This document shows, piece after piece, positions 59,771 through 64,000 of a stretch of DNA of 64,000 bases. A program made the translations under genes and the position numbers. The notes beneath the pieces are model-generated. The model saw nothing but the letters and a program-made list of their open reading frames with translations, did not search any database and was not told the DNA's origin. Where the stretch lies: positions 27,442 through 91,441 of the forward strand of contig NZ_CAKTVX010000008.1 of the NCBI RefSeq assembly GCF_934630525.1, given 5' to 3'. How positions within the stretch are numbered: position 1 is the first letter of the stretch; the number at the start of each line of letters is the position of its first letter. The stretch comes from an uncultured Slackia sp. (GTDB taxonomy: Bacteria > Actinomycetota > Coriobacteriia > Coriobacteriales > Eggerthellaceae).

Positions 59771-60022
59771 ATGAATGCCGTGTTTGCGTTTGTGCGCTCG
59801 CTGCCGAAGCGGGCCGCCTTGCTCGCGATTCAATTCTATCGTGCTGCCATTTCCCCAATTTTTGGCCCCTGCTGCCGCTATGTTCCCACGTGCTCGGAAT
59901 ACGGGCTCGAGGCGATTCGACGTTTCGGCTTGCGCAAGGGAGGCTGGCTCGCCATAAAACGCATCGCAAGGTGCCACCCTTTTCATGAGGGCGGCTATGA
60001 TCCTGTTCCCGACAAGCTCTAG
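59771..60022 (+). CDS. yidD: Membrane protein insertion efficiency factor YidD
   Basis: ATG 8 nt after GGAAGAAGG. The conserved [10 protein letters not shown] and [13 protein letters not shown] motifs are present. Confidence 0.9.
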   Translation: MNAVFAFVRSLPKRAALLAIQFYRAAISPIFGPCCRYVPTCSEYGLEAIRRFGLRKGGWLAIKRIARCHPFHEGGYDPVPDKL

Positions 60023-60036
60023 AAAGGCAGTGCCGT

Positions 60037-60807
60037 ATGTGGGACGTGTTTAAGGACTGGATATTCGATTGCATCGCATTCTTCGCCAATTTCCTTGGCG
60101 ACTGGGGTCTTGCGATCATCGTTATCACGGTTATCTTCCGTTTGCTTGTTGCTCCCATCATGCACAAGCAAATCAAGTCGACCTTCCAAATGCAGAAGGT
60201 CCAGCCTCTTATGCAAGAGATCCAGAAGAAGTTCGCCGACGATCCCATTCGTCAGAACGAGGAAATGCAGAAGCTCTACGCTGAAACCAAGTTCAACCCC
60301 TTGGCCGGCTGCGTGCCCATGCTCATTCAGATGCCGATTTTCTTGGCCATGTTCCAAACGCTGCGCGAGATTGGCTACTCGCACCCCGACGAGGTGTACA
60401 GCTTCTACGGCATGGTTGCCGACCTTACGAAAACGCCTGCAAACGTGATTTCCGACGGTTTCGGCGCGTTCTTCCCGTACTTGGTGCTCATGCTCGTGTT
60501 CGCTCTGGCCACGTTCTTGCCAATGGTTCTGCAGAACATCAAGAGCGATTCCGCCCAGCGCAATCAGATGCTTATCATGGGCGGCGTTATGACGATCTTC
60601 ATGCTCTGGATTTCCTGGAGCTCGCCCGCAGGCGTTCTGCTGTTCTGGGGTGCCTCTTCCGTTATCGGTATTCTGCAGCAGCAGCTTACCATGCATCACC
60701 TGAAGAAGGTTGAGGCCGAAGCCGAGGCTGCCCGCATCGAGGTCGAGCCCGTCAAGGTTGATGTCGAGCGCAAGGCCAAGAAGAAGCGTCCGACCAAAAA
60801 GCACTAA
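60037..60807 (+). CDS. yidC: Membrane protein insertase YidC (short Gram-positive type)
   Basis: 256 aa, including GLAIIVITVIFRLLV and NPLAGCVPMLIQMPIF, with a basic C-terminal tail. Confidence 0.9.
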   Translation: MWDVFKDWIFDCIAFFANFLGDWGLAIIVITVIFRLLVAPIMHKQIKSTFQMQKVQPLMQEIQKKFADDPIRQNEEMQKLYAETKFNPLAGCVPMLIQMPIFLAMFQTLREIGYSHPDEVYSFYGMVADLTKTPANVISDGFGAFFPYLVLMLVFALATFLPMVLQNIKSDSAQRNQMLIMGGVMTIFMLWISWSSPAGVLLFWGASSVIGILQQQLTMHHLKKVEAEAEAARIEVEPVKVDVERKAKKKRPTKKH

Positions 60808-60870
60808 TATCGATCCGACCATGCCGCGCGCCACATCTGGCGCGCTTGCATATACAGAAAGGATTGAACC

Positions 60871-61443
60871 ATGTCCGACGAAATCATGGACGATCAGGTT
60901 AATGAGGAAGCGGTCGAGGAAACCACCGAAGACCAGCTCAAGGGCGATGAGCCGCACAGCGAAGAGCACGATGTGAGTGAAGAGGAGCTCGACGAAATCG
61001 CCGACACCGCTATTGCCGCGTTGAAGGGCATTCTCGAGCACTTCGATGTGGGCGAGGTCACCATCGACGAATACGAAGGCGACGAAGGCGAGCTTATTCT
61101 GGATATCACGGGCGACAACCTGGCTATCCTCATTGGCCGTCACGGCAAAACGCTTGACGCGCTGCAGTTCATCATTTCTGCCATCACGACGCGCACGATG
61201 GGCTTCCGATACCCGGTTATCGTTGACGTTGAGGGTTACAAGAATCGCCAGCGTCAGAAAATCGAGTCGGTGGCATACTCCGCCGCTCGTCGCGCGAAGT
61301 CGCAGCATCGCAGCGTGAAGCTGCGCCCCATGACGCCCTACGAGCGTCGCCTGGTTCATCTTGCCCTGCGCAACGAGCCCGACGTTGAAACCGCTTCCGA
61401 AGGCGAGGGTGCTGCCCGCCACGTGGTGATTATCCCCCGCTAG
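60871..61443 (+). CDS. jag: Jag/KhpB-like RNA-binding protein (KH + R3H)
   Basis: 190 aa with an acidic N-terminus, a KH-like segment (ILIGRHGKTLDALQ) and an R3H region (ERRLVHLAL). Confidence 0.85.
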   Translation: MSDEIMDDQVNEEAVEETTEDQLKGDEPHSEEHDVSEEELDEIADTAIAALKGILEHFDVGEVTIDEYEGDEGELILDITGDNLAILIGRHGKTLDALQFIISAITTRTMGFRYPVIVDVEGYKNRQRQKIESVAYSAARRAKSQHRSVKLRPMTPYERRLVHLALRNEPDVETASEGEGAARHVVIIPR

Positions 61444-61572
61444 GAAACAAGCTTATATGCATGCTTTTAAGGCCCTTCTTCTGAAGAAGGGCCTTTCTTT
61501 ATGGCGCGCCTTGGCCAACACGGTACAATTGCAGGCATTGAACACGCGCACCGCGCAACGAGAGAGGTTTCC

Positions 61573-62325
61573 ATGGGCACGCTTCGCGATATATTGGCCA
61601 CGCGTCACGGCATTGATATCACCGAACAGCAGGAGCAACTCCTGTTTGACGACCTGCATGCCATTATGGAAATCAATAAGACCATGAACCTTACGCGTAT
61701 CCTCTCCGAGGAGGATGGTGCGGTGCTGCATTTGGAAGACAGCGTGCTCGGCTTGCCGTACGTGAATGATGCGCCAGTTGGCCTGTATGGCGACCTGGGT
61801 ACCGGTGGTGGTTTCCCCGGCATTCCCCTGTGCGTGCTTACGGGCCGCGAAACTCTGCTCGTCGATTCGGTTAAGAAGAAGGTTCGCGCCTTGGAGCCGG
61901 TCGCTGAAGAACTCGGCGTTGGCGATCGCCTCTCCACGTATGGCGGTCGTATCGAAGACCTCGCCCTTGAACGCCCGAAGGAGTTTTCGGTGCTTACGGC
62001 CCGTGCTTTGAGCTCTCTCGGGTCGCTGCTCGAGCTGGCTTCGCCCCTTTTGCGTAAGAGCGGTCGCTTGGTGTGCTATAAGGCGCAGCCGACCGAAGAG
62101 GAGCTTGAAATCGCCTTCGGCATTATGAAACCGCTTGGCTTCGAACTCGTATGCGACGACAGCCATGAGCTCAGTGACGGTTCCACGCGCCGTATTTTCG
62201 TATTCCAGAAGGTGGCAAACCCGCGCATTGCGCTTCCTCGCCGCGTCGGCATGGCGCAGCGCAATCCCCTTACGCCCGCCGATTTCGTTCAGAAGAGCAA
62301 TCAGAAGAACAAGAAGCGTCGATAG
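61573..62325 (+). CDS. rsmG: 16S rRNA (guanine527-N7)-methyltransferase
   Basis: I trimmed to MGTLRDIL. The SAM motif DLGTGGGFPGIPL and the position after jag support the call. This gives 250 aa. Confidence 0.85.
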   Translation: MGTLRDILATRHGIDITEQQEQLLFDDLHAIMEINKTMNLTRILSEEDGAVLHLEDSVLGLPYVNDAPVGLYGDLGTGGGFPGIPLCVLTGRETLLVDSVKKKVRALEPVAEELGVGDRLSTYGGRIEDLALERPKEFSVLTARALSSLGSLLELASPLLRKSGRLVCYKAQPTEEELEIAFGIMKPLGFELVCDDSHELSDGSTRRIFVFQKVANPRIALPRRVGMAQRNPLTPADFVQKSNQKNKKRR

Positions 62326-62456
62326 CAAACTCGACCCCTCCGTCTCAAGACTGCTCACGAGAAGCGTCGCCCACGCGGTTGGATATTCTCGTCTCGGGGG
62401 TTGTTTCAGGAAGCGTCGATATCGTGTTTGGGTCCTTCCGCATCATAGCTGCCGAT

Positions 62457-62491
62457 GTGCCAAAAATTGGCGAACCAGGAATTTTTGGCAC
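62457..62491. promoter_or_regulatory. Perfect 12-bp inverted repeat in the rsmG-parA spacer (operator-like or hairpin)
   Basis: GTGCCAAAAATT (62457-62468), then 11 nt, then AATTTTTGGCAC (62480-62491). Confidence 0.5.
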
Positions 62492-62622
62492 GGCTGTGGA
62501 TTGCTGCGGCTAATTCCCTTACTGAATATATAATGGAACAACCTAGCGACAGAAATGCGCTCGACGGCTCGCCTGCGAGATTCGCAATGGCTTGAGCCTC
62601 GCGTTTTTACCGTCGGTTTCGA

Positions 62623-62638
62623 TGTTTCACGTGAAACA
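62623..62638. promoter_or_regulatory. parS site 2 (TGTTTCACGTGAAACA), upstream of parA
   Basis: Perfect 16-bp palindrome. Confidence 0.85.
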
Positions 62639-62706
62639 TCCTTCATCTTCGCTCTACATTGGCTATAAGCCTCGCATATACACGCAGTATCAATGAAGGA
62701 GGACGC

Positions 62707-63744
62707 GTGGGACTGTTTGATGGTTTGAAGAACCAGAGTCGTAAGCCTAAGAATCAGGAAGGCAACGCCGTCGAAAGCGAACAGGTCGGCTACAACCCTG
62801 AGAATGCTCCGGTTATCGAGCGCGACCCAAATGTTTCACGTGAAACATCCGTCGTTTCTTCCACCCAAGATGACCTTCAGGCTGATGCATATACGAATGA
62901 ACCCGCTCCTTCTGAGGCGGTATACACCGCAACCCCGCTCCGCTCGTATGCGGAAAAGAAACCCGTGAGGCACGTCGTGGGCACCACGAAGGTTATCGCG
63001 ATTCTTAACCAGAAGGGTGGCGTCGGTAAATCCACGACGACCATCAACCTTGGTGCGGCATTGGGCGCCATGGGGAAACAGGTGCTGCTTATCGACCTCG
63101 ATCCGCAAGGCAATACCTCGAGCGGCTTGGGCATCGAAAAGAACCTTTTGAATGAATGCATTTACGATGTGCTCATTAGCGACACCCAGCTTACCGACAT
63201 CATCATTCCCGATGTGTGCGAAGGCCTCGATGTTGCTCCCGCGACCATCAACCTTGCAGGTGCCGAAGTCGAGCTCGTTTCCGAAATGGCTCGCGAAGGA
63301 CGCCTGAAGGAAGCGATTGGCCATGTGCGCGGCAAATACGATTACATTTTCATCGACTGCCCGCCTTCGCTCGGCCTGCTTACGGTGAATGCGCTTGTTG
63401 CTGCCGATAAGCTGCTCATTCCTATCCAATGCGAGTTCTATGCGTTGGAAGGCGTGACGAAGCTGCTAGATTCAATGAAACGCGTGAAGAGCCTTCTGAA
63501 TCCCGGTTTGGAAATCTACGGCGTGCTGCTCACGATGTATGACGGACGCACCACGCTTTCGAAGCAGGTTGCTGCTGAGGTGCGTAATTTCTTCGGTCGC
63601 ACGGTTTTCGACACGGTGATTCCCCGTACAGTTAAAATCTCTGAAGCGCCGAGTTTCGGCCAACCGATTAACGAATACGACCCGACTGGTAAAGGCGCGG
63701 AAGCGTACTGCGCCCTTGCAAGAGAGGTGAGCCAGCGTGGCTAA
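62707..63744 (+). CDS. parA: ParA/Soj chromosome-partitioning ATPase (with a long N-terminal extension if this start is correct)
   Basis: The deviant Walker A NQKGGVGKSTT lies at about aa 100. I propose the GTG start after AAGGAGGA, but the true start could be further downstream, near 62950. Confidence 0.85.
   Translation: MGLFDGLKNQSRKPKNQEGNAVESEQVGYNPENAPVIERDPNVSRETSVVSSTQDDLQADAYTNEPAPSEAVYTATPLRSYAEKKPVRHVVGTTKVIAILNQKGGVGKSTTTINLGAALGAMGKQVLLIDLDPQGNTSSGLGIEKNLLNECIYDVLISDTQLTDIIIPDVCEGLDVAPATINLAGAEVELVSEMAREGRLKEAIGHVRGKYDYIFIDCPPSLGLLTVNALVAADKLLIPIQCEFYALEGVTKLLDSMKRVKSLLNPGLEIYGVLLTMYDGRTTLSKQVAAEVRNFFGRTVFDTVIPRTVKISEAPSFGQPINEYDPTGKGAEAYCALAREVSQRG
62832..62847. promoter_or_regulatory. 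parS site 3 (TGTTTCACGTGAAACA), in the parA 5' region
   Basis: Perfect 16-bp palindrome. It reads NVSRETS in the parA frame. Confidence 0.85.
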
Positions 63745-64000
63745 AAATAAGAAGGCCGGTCTCGGCCGTGGTTTGAATTCTCTGCTTGGCGGGTATGAAG
63801 CACCTGCCGAGCCTGCTCGCGTAGCGCCCGAGCGTCAGGTTGAACGCGTTGAGAAGCAGGCGGCATCGGTTGCGGAGCCCGCGCCTGCTGCACCTGCTCC
63901 TGTTGTCGAACGCGAAGTGATTCGTGAGGAAGACCTCGCTCCCGAAGATCGCGAAACGCTCGATGGCGAGAAGTATTCCGCGCCGAAGCAGTATGCGAAG
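63737..64000 (+). CDS. parB: ParB/Spo0J chromosome-partitioning protein (5' partial; runs off the window)
   Basis: The GTG start overlaps the parA stop. The N-terminus VAKNKKAGLGRGLNSLLGG is typical of ParB. Confidence 0.8.
   Translation, partial: MAKNKKAGLGRGLNSLLGGYEAPAEPARVAPERQVERVEKQAASVAEPAPAAPAPVVEREVIREEDLAPEDRETLDGEKYSAPKQYAK

Overview
This 64 kb window is the chromosomal replication-origin region of a high-GC Gram-positive bacterium. Gene content and order look like Actinomycetota, class Coriobacteriia, probably Eggerthellaceae-like; that placement is inference only. The origin core lies at about 55.7-59.2 kb. To its left, on the minus strand, are dnaA, dnaN, recF, a DUF721/DciA-like gene, gyrB and gyrA. 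To its right, on the plus strand, are rpmH, rnpA, yidD, yidC, jag, rsmG, parA and parB. Nearly all genes point away from the origin.

DnaA-box-like motifs (TTTTCCACA type) form two clusters. One is a very dense array of about 640 bp at 58385-59014. The other lies in the dnaA-dnaN spacer, next to TAG/TAA DnaA-trio repeats and an AT-rich stretch. An unexpected 268-codon ORF for a GHKL-ATPase/winged-HTH protein sits between dnaA and the big box array. Three perfect 16-bp parS palindromes (TGTTTCACGTGAAACA) are present.

The rest of the left arm is mostly housekeeping:
- purA, purD and a HemN-like radical SAM gene
- a YhaO/YhaN-like nuclease-ATPase pair
- rpsF-ssb-rpsR-rplI-dnaB
- ispE and tadA
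- a lysA-dapA-dapB-dapH operon behind a lysine riboswitch, with the acetylase-branch partners (an M20 deacetylase-like gene and a PatA-like aminotransferase) nearby
- galE and citrate synthase
- serC, serA and a DUF1015 gene
- an NRAMP-related (NRMT-type) transporter translationally coupled to a soluble PRC-barrel/MgtE_N/CBS protein
- six tRNAs: Phe, three Ser and two Arg

A lower-GC, partly decayed accessory stretch runs from about 28.2 to 35.9 kb. It holds a giant fused ABC-ATPase/FtsX protein, a Tat-lipoprotein flavin reductase, a frameshifted membrane LuxR regulator, and a very high-GC helicase remnant.

At least two interspersed intergenic repeat families occur in the window. I found no transposase, integrase, CRISPR array or rRNA. 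All calls rest on reading the sequence and the ORF translations by eye; no searches were run.
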